A stretch of DNA of 64,000 nucleotides from Bacteroidales bacterium (GTDB taxonomy: Bacteria; Bacteroidota; Bacteroidia; Bacteroidales; WRLA01): NCBI GenBank assembly GCA_009777825.1, contig WRLA01000003.1, positions 4,898-68,897 of the forward strand, in the 5' to 3' direction. Below the pieces are notes generated by a model. That model was not told the DNA's origin and made no database searches. It worked only from the letters and a program-made list of their open reading frames with translations. Position numbers and translations under genes: made by a program. This document shows positions 51,257-60,626 of this stretch, piece by piece; within the stretch, counting starts at the first letter, position 1, and every line of letters begins with the position of its first letter.

Positions 51257-52637
51257 GGGTGTATGACAAATTGGACTAAGCCGCCATTTTGATTTGATAC
51301 GTCAAGTCATTCCATCGTTTGCTTTTCCAGTAAGCTCTCAGATTTACAATTCTTTGTGCCCCCTTGATAGACCACCTTTGCCCCGACAATTTTAATCTTT
51401 GCTGTATCACGTTTCGATGGGCGGATTCTATTGCGCCAGAACCTATCAGGAATCCTTTTTTAATGAACGTTCCGTATTTCATTCTTTCAATATTGTTTTC
51501 ATAATAGTGTATTATGTCTTTTAAGGATTTTCCGATTTGCGTAGTAGGAAGTGTTTTGGCGGCAATTTTTTTTAGATCGTCTAATACTTTTTCTATTTCA
51601 TCGGCTTTTAGGCGTTGTTTTTGAAAGTCAAGCCATTGCCGTCGTTTTTCTACGTCTTTGTAGGCAATCAATGCATATGCACCAAGTTTTTCAACGGCAT
51701 GATAGAAATCCAAAATCTGAACCGAATCGCTATAAAAATCATCCACCCAATTCCATATCCATTTTGCGCCATCGGCGATGAAAATCTTGCATTGGTAAGG
51801 TTCTACGTATGGTTCGAGTTTTTTCAGAAAATCTTTGTTGTTGCCCAAAGTACACACGTATAAAGAATCCATTATCTCTGTCCGATTCTTTTGTATCTCA
51901 ACCCTTGATGTTCCCGAATAAATACGTCCCATTTTCATCTCTTTCCACGCATCCTCACGCGTATAAACCATTGAGCCGTCCATCGTTATATAAACAGGTG
52001 ATGCGCTTGTGGCGGCTGCTATTAATGGAACATCTGTAGACATATCTTGATAACTCGCTTCAGACTCCTCAAGCTTTTGACCATAATGCTCACTGATACG
52101 CTGAACCTGTTTAGCCGAAAGTTCTATGCCCAATAAATTATGCAAAATCTCTTCCGCTTCGGTAAACACATATCCACTTGCCAATAAACTGGCAACTTCC
52201 TGCAATTTAGCAGTAACCCCAAATTTCTCCGTATGATGGCACAATACGTGAGATTTGTTTACTTCAACTTTCCCGAAGCAGGTCTGAAGTTTCCTTTTTT
52301 TTTCCGATTAGGACTGATTTCTCCTAAACTCTTTGTCAACATAATATTACTGACTTGGTGGGCGGTCTTCATGAATTCTGTTTCGTATTCATATCCGTCT
52401 TCAATCGTTTCGGCTTTGCCAAGCCATAAATCTAATTTCTCCGATATGGAGGCAAGAATAGATGCCTTAATCTCTGATTTGTCCATTTTGTCTAATTTTG
52501 AAAATAACCGCAAAAATAACAACAACCGAACAATCTTTGCACAACACAAAAAAAAGTTATTGACTATAAATTGTTTATATCCGATAATGGGACAGATCGG
52601 GAAAAACAGGCGGGGGGGGACAATTTGTCATACACCC
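51257..52637 (-). mobile_element. Complete ISKra4-family-like insertion sequence (1381 bp)
   Basis: 17-bp perfect TIR GGGTGTATGACAAATTG; orfA 52259-52486 and orfB 51276-52244 (MDG, ADGAKWIW, LDFYHA, IGSGAIESA) linked by an A9 slippery run; no TSD. Confidence 0.88.
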
Positions 52638-52640
52638 TTT

Positions 52641-53684
52641 CTATGCGTACAGTTCCATGAAAATATCCCACAGTTCTTTGCTTTCGCGAAGGAGTTGCAG
52701 GGTGATTTCGGCGTGTCCTCTGGTATAGCCGTTGCCGACGATCATCGTTACGTCGCTTCCTACGCCTTCGGCGCCGAGCGCGGCTTTGGTGAAACTGGTC
52801 GCCATGGAGAAGAAATAGACCAAGCCCGTGTCTTTGGTGCAGAGGATGGAGGTCATCTCGGTATCGGTGATGTTGACGTTGTTGATGGTAACGTCAGCCA
52901 TCTGTCCGTCGGTCAGTTTTTCGATAATCTCTATCATGGAGACCGGGTCGGTGGCATTGCCGGCAAATACATGGTCGCAAAAGCCTAACTTCTGCAAGCG
53001 CTCCGTTGACTTTTGGCTGTGGCACATCCCGATGACTTTTCCGGTAACGCCCACGCGCTTTTTGGCTTCATAGCAGCACAACATCCCCGACTTTCCGCCG
53101 GCGCCGATGATTAAGACGGTGTCGCCCGGTTTGCACAGTTTCGCTGTTTGCGCCGGCGCTCCGGCAACGTCCAACGCCGATAACGCCAACTTTTCGGGCA
53201 TGTCGGCTGGGATTTTGGCGTAAATACCGCTTTCAAACAGGATAGCTTTCCCGTCAATATCCACCTGGTCAACTTCGGAACGGATTTCTTTGATTTTGTC
53301 AATCCGCAACGGCGTGAGAGAGAGAGAGACCAACGTGGCGATTTTGTCGCCCACTTTCAGGTCTGTCTTTCCGATTAAGGCGTCGCCGATTTTTTCGACC
53401 GTTCCCAGCAACATGCCGCCCGAACCCGTCCACGGATTGCGGTGCTTGCCCTGTTTTTCTACGATGCTGAACATGATCTCTTTGATCTTCTCGTGGTCGC
53501 CGCCTGCGCGGGCTTTGATGTCGGTAAAGGATGCCGAGTCCACGTTCAAAGTCTGTACGTCAATCAGGATCTCGTTGTCCCAAATCTCGTCCATGTTGTT
53601 GTCTATCTTATCTGCCGGTTGCGGCAAAACCCCTTTGGGTTCAATTACACGGTGCGTGCCGTATTTGTTTCCTTTTTTTTGCAT
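52641..53684 (-). CDS. kdd: L-erythro-3,5-diaminohexanoate dehydrogenase
   Basis: YGTHRVIEP.GVLPQ, LNVDSASF, NPWTGSGGML, LDVAGAP. Confidence 0.92.
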   Translation of the reverse strand: MQKKGNKYGTHRVIEPKGVLPQPADKIDNNMDEIWDNEILIDVQTLNVDSASFTDIKARAGGDHEKIKEIMFSIVEKQGKHRNPWTGSGGMLLGTVEKIGDALIGKTDLKVGDKIATLVSLSLTPLRIDKIKEIRSEVDQVDIDGKAILFESGIYAKIPADMPEKLALSALDVAGAPAQTAKLCKPGDTVLIIGAGGKSGMLCCYEAKKRVGVTGKVIGMCHSQKSTERLQKLGFCDHVFAGNATDPVSMIEIIEKLTDGQMADVTINNVNITDTEMTSILCTKDTGLVYFFSMATSFTKAALGAEGVGSDVTMIVGNGYTRGHAEITLQLLRESKELWDIFMELYA

Positions 53685-53739
53685 AGTATAATGACTTAAT
53701 TAAGTTAATAAATTACAGGCGGCAAAGGTACGATTTTTT

Positions 53740-54555
53740 TTATAAACTCAATATCCGTCTCGCCTCAGTGGGCGTAGCGATTTCGCGTCCCAATTCTTTG
53801 GCGATGCGCACTACTTTTGCCACTAACTCGCCGTTTGATTTCGCCAAAACGCCCTTTTCGAGATACACATTATCTTCAAAGCCCACGCGCACATTTCCGC
53901 CCATGGCGATGGCAGCCGCCGCCAGCGGAAACTCGGCTCGTCCTACGCCTGTCGCCGTCCATGTGGCATCGCTCGGGATGGATTGTACCATCCAGCACAG
54001 GTTAGGAATCGTCGCAGCAGTACAGCCCGGCACGCCCAACACAAAGTTTATCTGCATGGGATGCCCCGGCAACTGACCTTTCTTCACCATTGCCAGCGCC
54101 GTATCCAGATGTCCCATCTCGAAACATTCAAATTCGGGTTTGATTTTGTTTTCCATCATCCGCTTGCCGAAGTCACGCATCATGGGCATGGTGTTTTCAA
54201 AAACGTCGTCGCCGAAGTTGCAGGTACCGCAATCCAGCGTTGCCATTTCGGGGAACAGTTCGGTGGGTTGTAAGCGTTCTTCCGCCGTCATTCCCACAGC
54301 GCCGCCCGTGGAGGGGATTAAAATTACGTCGGGAATCACCTTTTTGATGGCGTCTATACACTCTTTAAAGCGAGCCTTATCCTGCGTGGGCGTACCGTTG
54401 TCTCTACGAACGTGTAAATGTACGATAGCCGCTCCCGCGTCGTAAGCCGACTTCGCCTCCCGCACGATCTCTTCGACAGTGTAAGGCACGGCGGGATTAT
54501 GCTCTTTCATCACTTCTGCGCCGCAGATGGCGGCGGTAATAATTAATTTTTCCAT
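53740..54555 (-). CDS. kce: 3-keto-5-aminohexanoate cleavage enzyme
   Basis: LIITAAICGAE, HLHVR, STGGAVGM, VRVGFED. Confidence 0.93.
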   Translation of the reverse strand: MEKLIITAAICGAEVMKEHNPAVPYTVEEIVREAKSAYDAGAAIVHLHVRRDNGTPTQDKARFKECIDAIKKVIPDVILIPSTGGAVGMTAEERLQPTELFPEMATLDCGTCNFGDDVFENTMPMMRDFGKRMMENKIKPEFECFEMGHLDTALAMVKKGQLPGHPMQINFVLGVPGCTAATIPNLCWMVQSIPSDATWTATGVGRAEFPLAAAAIAMGGNVRVGFEDNVYLEKGVLAKSNGELVAKVVRIAKELGREIATPTEARRILSL

Positions 54556-54575
54556 TCGGTAATATTTTTAAGTAT

Positions 54576-55715
54576 TTAAGATTTTAAATAATACATTTTA
54601 AACCATAATTCAAAAGCAGGGTCAAGAAATATGGCTGTTGTTTTTGTTTTTTCAATAATATCAAGATATTGCAGTTTTTTCATGTTTTTCGACACATTAT
54701 GAGATGTGCCTAAACGATAATCCATCATGGTTTTTACAGAGGTAAATTGCGTTTCCTCGTTGGCGATGGCTTCTAACAGGTTTATTTGTGTTGTCGTCAA
54801 ATCCTCTATTTCGCGTTGATATAAAATTTGATTGACTTGCAACATTCGCGCTAAGCAAATCGGTAATAATGCTTCGGTAGCAGTTGTGGTTGTATATTCC
54901 CAAACATAATGCGCATACTGCTGAACATAATACGGATGTCCTTTCATGGTTGTAGCAATTTGATTCGCCAGAGTTTCTGAAATGGTTTTCCCTGTTTTCT
55001 TAAAACGTTCAACAATAAACGGTTCCCAATGTTCTACCGCAATTTTATCTAAAAGCATCATGTCTCCAAACAGATAAAAAGCCCTGTTTCTTTTGTTGAA
55101 AATATCCGACATCAAATGCCGCTTACTCCCGTATAAACAATAACTTACATTCTCGTGATATTGCCATACAGAACGCAACAATTTTTCAAAGTCCTCCGCT
55201 TCTTTGAAATTGTGAATATTTTGAAACTCATCAATACAAACAATGAGCCTGACATTTTGTTTTTTTGCAACTGTTTCGGGAAGGTTTAATATTTCGTCTT
55301 TATGCTTTTTAAGTTCTTCGAGTTCAAAACTCAAACTGAAATCGCTGGTCGGGTCTACGCCGAATGTGATTTTAGGGACTAAATGTCTGAAAAAAACTTT
55401 CGTTGCCTCTATCCATTCGTCCCATTTTGTAGCAGTGATTTTAATGACCTCGCGGCTTAGTTTTTCGTAAAATTCTTCTTCATTCCGTATCGCAAACATA
55501 TCAATGAAACACCATTTTACCTGCTTGTTGGACGACGTTAACTGCGCTACCTGTTTTACCAAAGAGGATTTTCCCCAGCGGCGCGGCGAAATCAAAGCAG
55601 TATTGATACCGCTTTTCACGTTAAGCCACAAATGGTTAATATCGTCCTTGCGGTTGACAAATTCTTCTCTTGCCACTGTGGCGCCAAACAAAAAAGGCGA
55701 TTCTATTTCTTCCAT
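54576..55715 (-). CDS. P-loop ATPase with C-terminal wHTH (archaeal-ATPase-like)
   Basis: PFLFG..FVNR, SPRRWGKSS, IDEFQ, GSKRH; start reassigned to MEEIESP. Confidence 0.85.
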   Translation of the reverse strand: MEEIESPFLFGATVAREEFVNRKDDINHLWLNVKSGINTALISPRRWGKSSLVKQVAQLTSSNKQVKWCFIDMFAIRNEEEFYEKLSREVIKITATKWDEWIEATKVFFRHLVPKITFGVDPTSDFSLSFELEELKKHKDEILNLPETVAKKQNVRLIVCIDEFQNIHNFKEAEDFEKLLRSVWQYHENVSYCLYGSKRHLMSDIFNKRNRAFYLFGDMMLLDKIAVEHWEPFIVERFKKTGKTISETLANQIATTMKGHPYYVQQYAHYVWEYTTTTATEALLPICLARMLQVNQILYQREIEDLTTTQINLLEAIANEETQFTSVKTMMDYRLGTSHNVSKNMKKLQYLDIIEKTKTTAIFLDPAFELWFKMYYLKS

Positions 55716-55767
55716 ATAAAATAAAATTTTGCGTTTATTTTCTACTAACGAAACTCCCCCGATTTTA

Positions 55768-55815
55768 TTGTACCATCTGGTCTTATACCATTTAGTCTTA
55801 TACCACTTGGTACAA
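55768..55815. promoter_or_regulatory. 15-bp-period palindromic array upstream of the ATPase
   Basis: TTGTACCATCTGGTC TTATACCATTTAGTC TTATACCACTTGGTACAA. Confidence 0.6.
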
Positions 55816-55869
55816 CGTGTAAATTGCTGTAAAGCAATGTGATACAACGATTTTTTCGTGGAAATTTCC

Positions 55870-56262
55870 TCATTTTCTTTGACAATTTTTCGGTACCACG
55901 CAAGTCCCGCTGGCGCGACAAACCACCACCGGATCGTCCAGTACGTCGGCAGCCGAAGCGCTGATGTCGGTACGCGGCACGATGACCTTACGCGCCTCGA
56001 AAACCATCTTACGGGAAGAGTTGCCGACGGCGGTAATCTCGCCAACGGCTTCGATGTAGTCGCCGGCATAAACGGGCGCTAAAAATTCGACATTGTCGTA
56101 AGCACAGAACAGTCCTTCATCGCCATCGCGGATGATTAACAATTCCGTCGCCACATCGCCAAAAAGTTGAAGCATCTTCGCTCCATCAACCAAGTTGCCA
56201 CCGTAGTGGGCATCGTGAGCGCTCATACGCACTCGAATCATTGAGGTTATTTTCTTATCCAT
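55870..56262 (-). CDS. kal: 3-aminobutyryl-CoA ammonia-lyase (hotdog fold)
   Basis: [32 protein letters not shown]. Confidence 0.92.
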   Translation of the reverse strand: MDKKITSMIRVRMSAHDAHYGGNLVDGAKMLQLFGDVATELLIIRDGDEGLFCAYDNVEFLAPVYAGDYIEAVGEITAVGNSSRKMVFEARKVIVPRTDISASAADVLDDPVVVCRASGTCVVPKNCQRK

Positions 56263-56611
56263 TTTTGTATCGTTACATTTATTTTTTGCTGCAAAGGTAA
56301 TACTTTTCGACGAAATATCAAGTTGCAAAAAATAATTTTCACAAATCATTATTTTTTCATTTCGGTATTATAAATATTTGTACCTTTGCCCCCGGTTTAA
56401 TAACATAAAATTTATTTGCATCATGTTGTAAAGGGAAATAAAGTGCGGATAGGCACATAATAGGACATATTGAAAAGGCATAGAACTTTGTTCTTTGCAG
56501 TCTGAAAATCTGGCGATTAGAAGACAGCATATAGAGGAAACGTTAAATGTTCGCGCGTAGGGCGTGGACTTGACTAATTTCTTATATGCAAGGTTACGCC
56601 AGATACCACAG

Positions 56612-56650
56612 ACAGCGGGAAACAGTTAGGTTTCACGCTGTTTTCTTTTT
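56612..56650 (+). terminator. Intrinsic terminator-like hairpin in a long leader
   Basis: ACAGCGGGAAAC/GTTTCACGCTGT stem (1 mismatch) followed by TTTCTTTTT. Confidence 0.6.
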
Positions 56651-56843
56651 GCCCCAACCCGAAAATAATGAATGGCTATCATCATATAAGACAGAACCGC
56701 AACTGTTCCCAAAAAACGCAGGGGAGGAACGAAATCTCTTGAAAAAACGGGCGGGTTATTTCCTACGAAAAGCCACACGAGTAGAAGGAACAAAAGAGTT
56801 TTAATTTAAAACCTCACAATGTATAGGTTAATTGTATTTTGAG

Positions 56844-57119
56844 ATGAAAAAAGTAATTTTATTGTTAGGTTGTTTAGGTCTTTTGACTGTTGGTATTTTG
56901 GGCGTGTCCTGCAAAAAGGATGACGATAAAAAGGATAATTTTAAAGGATGCTCTTGTACACTCCGTTATGCTGATGGGGATAAAAGTACTGAGATTATCA
57001 CGCCTGCTGACGCTCAGGAATTTGGCATAACCTCTTGTAAGAAGTTTCAAGAGCTTTGGGAGGCAACACACGGTTTCGAAGACGAAGGTATTATTTCTTA
57101 CACTTGTACCGATTTGTAA
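56844..57119 (+). CDS. Small Cys-containing lipoprotein
   Basis: Lipobox VSC-KKDDD; CxC..C..C. Confidence 0.75.
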   Translation: MKKVILLLGCLGLLTVGILGVSCKKDDDKKDNFKGCSCTLRYADGDKSTEIITPADAQEFGITSCKKFQELWEATHGFEDEGIISYTCTDL

Positions 57120-57120
57120 A

Positions 57121-58032
57121 ATGATTAACAAAACGACGCGAATACTATCCTCGCTTGCGGGGATAGTATTTTTAATATCGGGTATTGGAAAATCGTTGGC
57201 GGCATACGATTTTTCGCAAATACTCATACAATACGGTTTTGAGGGTTTGCAGTTTCTTGCGCCGCTTATCATTGTGTTTGAGATTTTGGCAGGCTTGCTG
57301 TTGTTTTTTCATATTCGGTTGAGACTGACAAGTTTATTGTCGTTTTGCTTTGTCGTGGCGCTGTCGGCGGCGTATCTCTACGGGTACTTCTTTGCCAATA
57401 TTACTAATTGCGGCTGTTTTGGCTATTTCTCGCTTTTGAACATGTCGCCGTTTTTCACCGGTGTGCGCAATATTGTTTTGATGGGCATGTTGTTGTATGT
57501 TTTCCTGAAAAGCAACAATGGGTGTAAATTGGCAGACAGAGACGAAATGCTGATTATGGCTTGTATCTTATGCGCCGTATCCTTTGTTACCGGATATACC
57601 TATATGGAGCGCCAAAACGATACTACACAATACGTTACAGAGGGAAAACTTGTGAACATGAGGGTCGAAAATTCGGTGTTGGGCGAGTTTCTGACGCCTT
57701 CCAAAGATTCCACTTATTTGGTATTTGCATTTTCGTATTCCTGTCCGCACTGCTACAACTCCATCGAAAATCTGAAACAATATGAACGCTTGGGCGTTGT
57801 GGACAAAGTTCTTGCCCTGTCATTTGCAACAGACAGCACAACCATGGCGAAGTTCAACGAGATATTTCATCCTGATTTTCAGATTATTAACTATTCGCCC
57901 AAACAGATTTTCCGTCTGACCAATCAATTTCCCGTTTCATATTACATCAAAGACAATATGATAAAAATGGAAATACGGGGCGTGTTGCCCTGCGGCTACC
58001 TGCTACGACAACGGTTGGGGAAAAATAGATGA
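57121..58032 (+). CDS. MauE/DoxX membrane protein with thioredoxin-like domain
   Basis: SGIGK, NCGCFG, CPHC. Confidence 0.85.
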   Translation: MINKTTRILSSLAGIVFLISGIGKSLAAYDFSQILIQYGFEGLQFLAPLIIVFEILAGLLLFFHIRLRLTSLLSFCFVVALSAAYLYGYFFANITNCGCFGYFSLLNMSPFFTGVRNIVLMGMLLYVFLKSNNGCKLADRDEMLIMACILCAVSFVTGYTYMERQNDTTQYVTEGKLVNMRVENSVLGEFLTPSKDSTYLVFAFSYSCPHCYNSIENLKQYERLGVVDKVLALSFATDSTTMAKFNEIFHPDFQIINYSPKQIFRLTNQFPVSYYIKDNMIKMEIRGVLPCGYLLRQRLGKNR

Positions 58033-58077
58033 TTGAAAATAATTTAGTACACTATTCACAATTCACAAATTGCAAAT

Positions 58078-58725
58078 TCACCCCTTCACCCAGAAATCCA
58101 CAAAAATCCCCGGCACATGCACCGTCTCCGGCGCTAATTCTCCGACTTCCACTACTTCCTCTATCTCGGCGATGACCACGTCGGCGGCGGTTGCCATGAT
58201 CGGGTTAAAGTTTTGGGAGGTTCCTTTGAAAATCAGGTTTCCGCTCTTGTCGCCGATGTTGGCTCCCAGCAGGGCTACGTCGGCGCGTAGTGGTTTTTCT
58301 AACAGATAGGTTTTTCCGTCAATTTCCAATGTTTGTTTTCCATCGGCGACGACGGTTCCTAATCCGGTGGTTGTCAATACGCCGCCTAATCCGGCGCCGC
58401 CGGCGCGAACACGTTCTGCCAGCGTGCCTTGGGGCGAAAATTCTACTTCCAACTCTTTGGCGTTCATCTGGTCAACGGTAACGGGGTTTGTCCCGATGTG
58501 GGAGACGATGACCTTTTTAATTTGCCGGTTGACGATAAGTTTCCCGATGCCTCTGTCGGGGAAAGCGGTATCGTTACAGATTACCGTTAAATCTTTCACT
58601 TTTGCGGCGACCAATGCATCCATGATATGCTCCGGCGTTCCGTTTCCCATGAAGCCGCCAATCATCACAGACATTCCATCTTTTATTTTAGCGACACATT
58701 CGCTAATGCTAATTTGTTTATTCAT
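58078..58725 (-). CDS. atoD: Acetoacetate/butyrate CoA-transferase alpha subunit
   Basis: MIGGFMGNGTP, SHIGTNP, PQGTLAERVRAGG, NFNPIMA. Confidence 0.85.
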   Translation of the reverse strand: MNKQISISECVAKIKDGMSVMIGGFMGNGTPEHIMDALVAAKVKDLTVICNDTAFPDRGIGKLIVNRQIKKVIVSHIGTNPVTVDQMNAKELEVEFSPQGTLAERVRAGGAGLGGVLTTTGLGTVVADGKQTLEIDGKTYLLEKPLRADVALLGANIGDKSGNLIFKGTSQNFNPIMATAADVVIAEIEEVVEVGELAPETVHVPGIFVDFWVKG

Positions 58726-58832
58726 AACTACTTTGCATCAAAAAAACATGATTAAAAATCAGGACGGCAAAGTTACAATCTTTTCTTATCTTTGCCAACA
58801 ATTTTATGAAGAATAAATAATAGGCTACTCTC

Positions 58833-60176
58833 ATGCGAAAAAAGAAAAAAATTCAGGACTACGAGTTCTCCTACGCTGTGATGAAAATACACGTTGACTC
58901 TTCCTTTCGGCAGTATTTCCGCAAGATTTATGTTGAGGGGTTGGAAAATATTCCGCAGGACAAGCGGGTGATTATCGCCCCCAATCATCAGAATGCGCTC
59001 ATGGATGCGCTGGCTGTTTTGATGACGCAGAAAGGTCAACCGGTCTTTCTGGCGCGCTCCGACGTTTTCAAAAATAAAAAAGTTGCACGGATATTGCACT
59101 GGTTGAACATTTTACCGGTTTACCGCATGCGCGACGGACGCGACGAACTCGGAAAAAACAGCGAGATTTTCGACCTCTCAATAGACGTTCTGCGCGACAA
59201 AGTTACGCTGTGCCTGATGCCCGAAGGACAGCAGAGTTTTAAGAGAACGCTGTTGCCTTTGGTGAAAGGGATGTTTCGGATAGCGTTCTCGGCACAGGAA
59301 GAGGTTGAACCGGACGAGGTGGTCATCGTTCCGCTTGGCATCGAATACGACGAGTACGTCCATCCGGGCGGCGACCTAAGTATGCGTTTCGGGAAACCGA
59401 TACCTGTTATGGATTATATGCCGTTGTATCGTGAAAATCAGGCAGTTGCGCTGAATCGTATCAAACAGGATGTGAGCGATGGTCTTGACGTTTTGATTCA
59501 GAATATCCGGTCTCAAACACATTACGACGAGTTTTACAGCCTCTCCCTCATGGCGCAGGACACTGTCTGCACGAAAAAAGAGGGACAAAAACGTGCTTTC
59601 GCACGCCTCGATGCCCGTCAAAAAATTTCGATGGCGTTGGACGCCGAAGAACAGACGCATCCCGTAGCCATTCAGCAACTTTGCTCGAAACATGCTGATT
59701 ATCAAAAGAAACTGTCGTCGTTCCGGTTAAAAGATTTTGTTTTCGGACATCCTCAAAGGGCTGCATGGACGTTGACAAAGGGATTGTTGCTGCTGCTGAC
59801 CTTGCCCTTTTTCGTTGCCGGATGGGCGGCAAACTTCATCCCGTCGTTTTTTTCGAACTTGATGGCAAAAAGGTTTAAAAACGATTTTTATAAAAGTACG
59901 GTGAACATCGTGATGCGCATTGCGCTGTATCCGATTTATTATCTATTGATAATCATTGCGTTGAGTTTCATTTTTAAATCTGTTTTAATCGTCGTTATTG
60001 CTTGCGTGGCGTCGCTGTTGCTCAGCCGGTTTGTCTTTTTCTACCGTCTTTGGGTGAAAGATGCCTGGGGCAGGATACGGTTTTTGTGGAGGAGAATGAG
60101 AAATGGCAAAGAGATGGCGCGGCTCGCACAACTGCGGAAGGGAATTGTTACGGAGGTGGTAGGGATGGTAAAATAG
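58833..60176 (+). CDS. Glycerolipid acyltransferase (PlsC-like) with C-terminal TMs
   Basis: NHQNALMD, FLARSDVF, MPEG. Confidence 0.88.
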   Translation: MRKKKKIQDYEFSYAVMKIHVDSSFRQYFRKIYVEGLENIPQDKRVIIAPNHQNALMDALAVLMTQKGQPVFLARSDVFKNKKVARILHWLNILPVYRMRDGRDELGKNSEIFDLSIDVLRDKVTLCLMPEGQQSFKRTLLPLVKGMFRIAFSAQEEVEPDEVVIVPLGIEYDEYVHPGGDLSMRFGKPIPVMDYMPLYRENQAVALNRIKQDVSDGLDVLIQNIRSQTHYDEFYSLSLMAQDTVCTKKEGQKRAFARLDARQKISMALDAEEQTHPVAIQQLCSKHADYQKKLSSFRLKDFVFGHPQRAAWTLTKGLLLLLTLPFFVAGWAANFIPSFFSNLMAKRFKNDFYKSTVNIVMRIALYPIYYLLIIIALSFIFKSVLIVVIACVASLLLSRFVFFYRLWVKDAWGRIRFLWRRMRNGKEMARLAQLRKGIVTEVVGMVK

Positions 60177-60519
60177 TTACGTTTCTCCCGACCCAATAGA
60201 TGAGGATAAAAATCAAAGTAATCATAATAAACGTTTTCCCTGAAAGCGTTTTGTACAGTTTGGGGAAGCGGTTTTTCCCATTAAAATGCTCCAAGTAGAT
60301 GAGCAGAAGAACCAACGGAATGGCAAGGATTAAAATCTGATTATAAAGCAATCCTTGTTTTATTTTTAGATGCAACAGACTGTGAAGTGCCCGTTGTGTG
60401 CCGCATCCCGGACATTGGTAACCCGTTAATTTATAAAAGATGCAGGGGAAAATTCTGCTCATTCTTGTCTTTGTGAGAATTTTATACAAAAAAAACATCA
60501 GAATACAAAAGTTTAACAT
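60148..60519 (-). CDS. DUF2752 membrane protein
   Basis: CIFYKLTGYQCPGCGTQRA; start uncertain. Confidence 0.8.
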   Translation of the reverse strand: MLNFCILMFFLYKILTKTRMSRIFPCIFYKLTGYQCPGCGTQRALHSLLHLKIKQGLLYNQILILAIPLVLLLIYLEHFNGKNRFPKLYKTLSGKTFIMITLIFILIYWVGRNVTILPSLPPP

Positions 60520-60626
60520 CTTCGTTGAAACGGGTTGCTTAAATTTAAAAGGAGAGGCTGTGGTTCACCCGCAAAAGTTTTACGCAAAGGACGCTGTAGG
60601 ATATAAACGTCTTGTATCTAAAAGTC

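Noticed and set aside
55716-56069. Long N-terminal extension of the ATPase in the ORF track
   Set aside because: It overlaps kal and the operator array; the family-typical start is at 55715.
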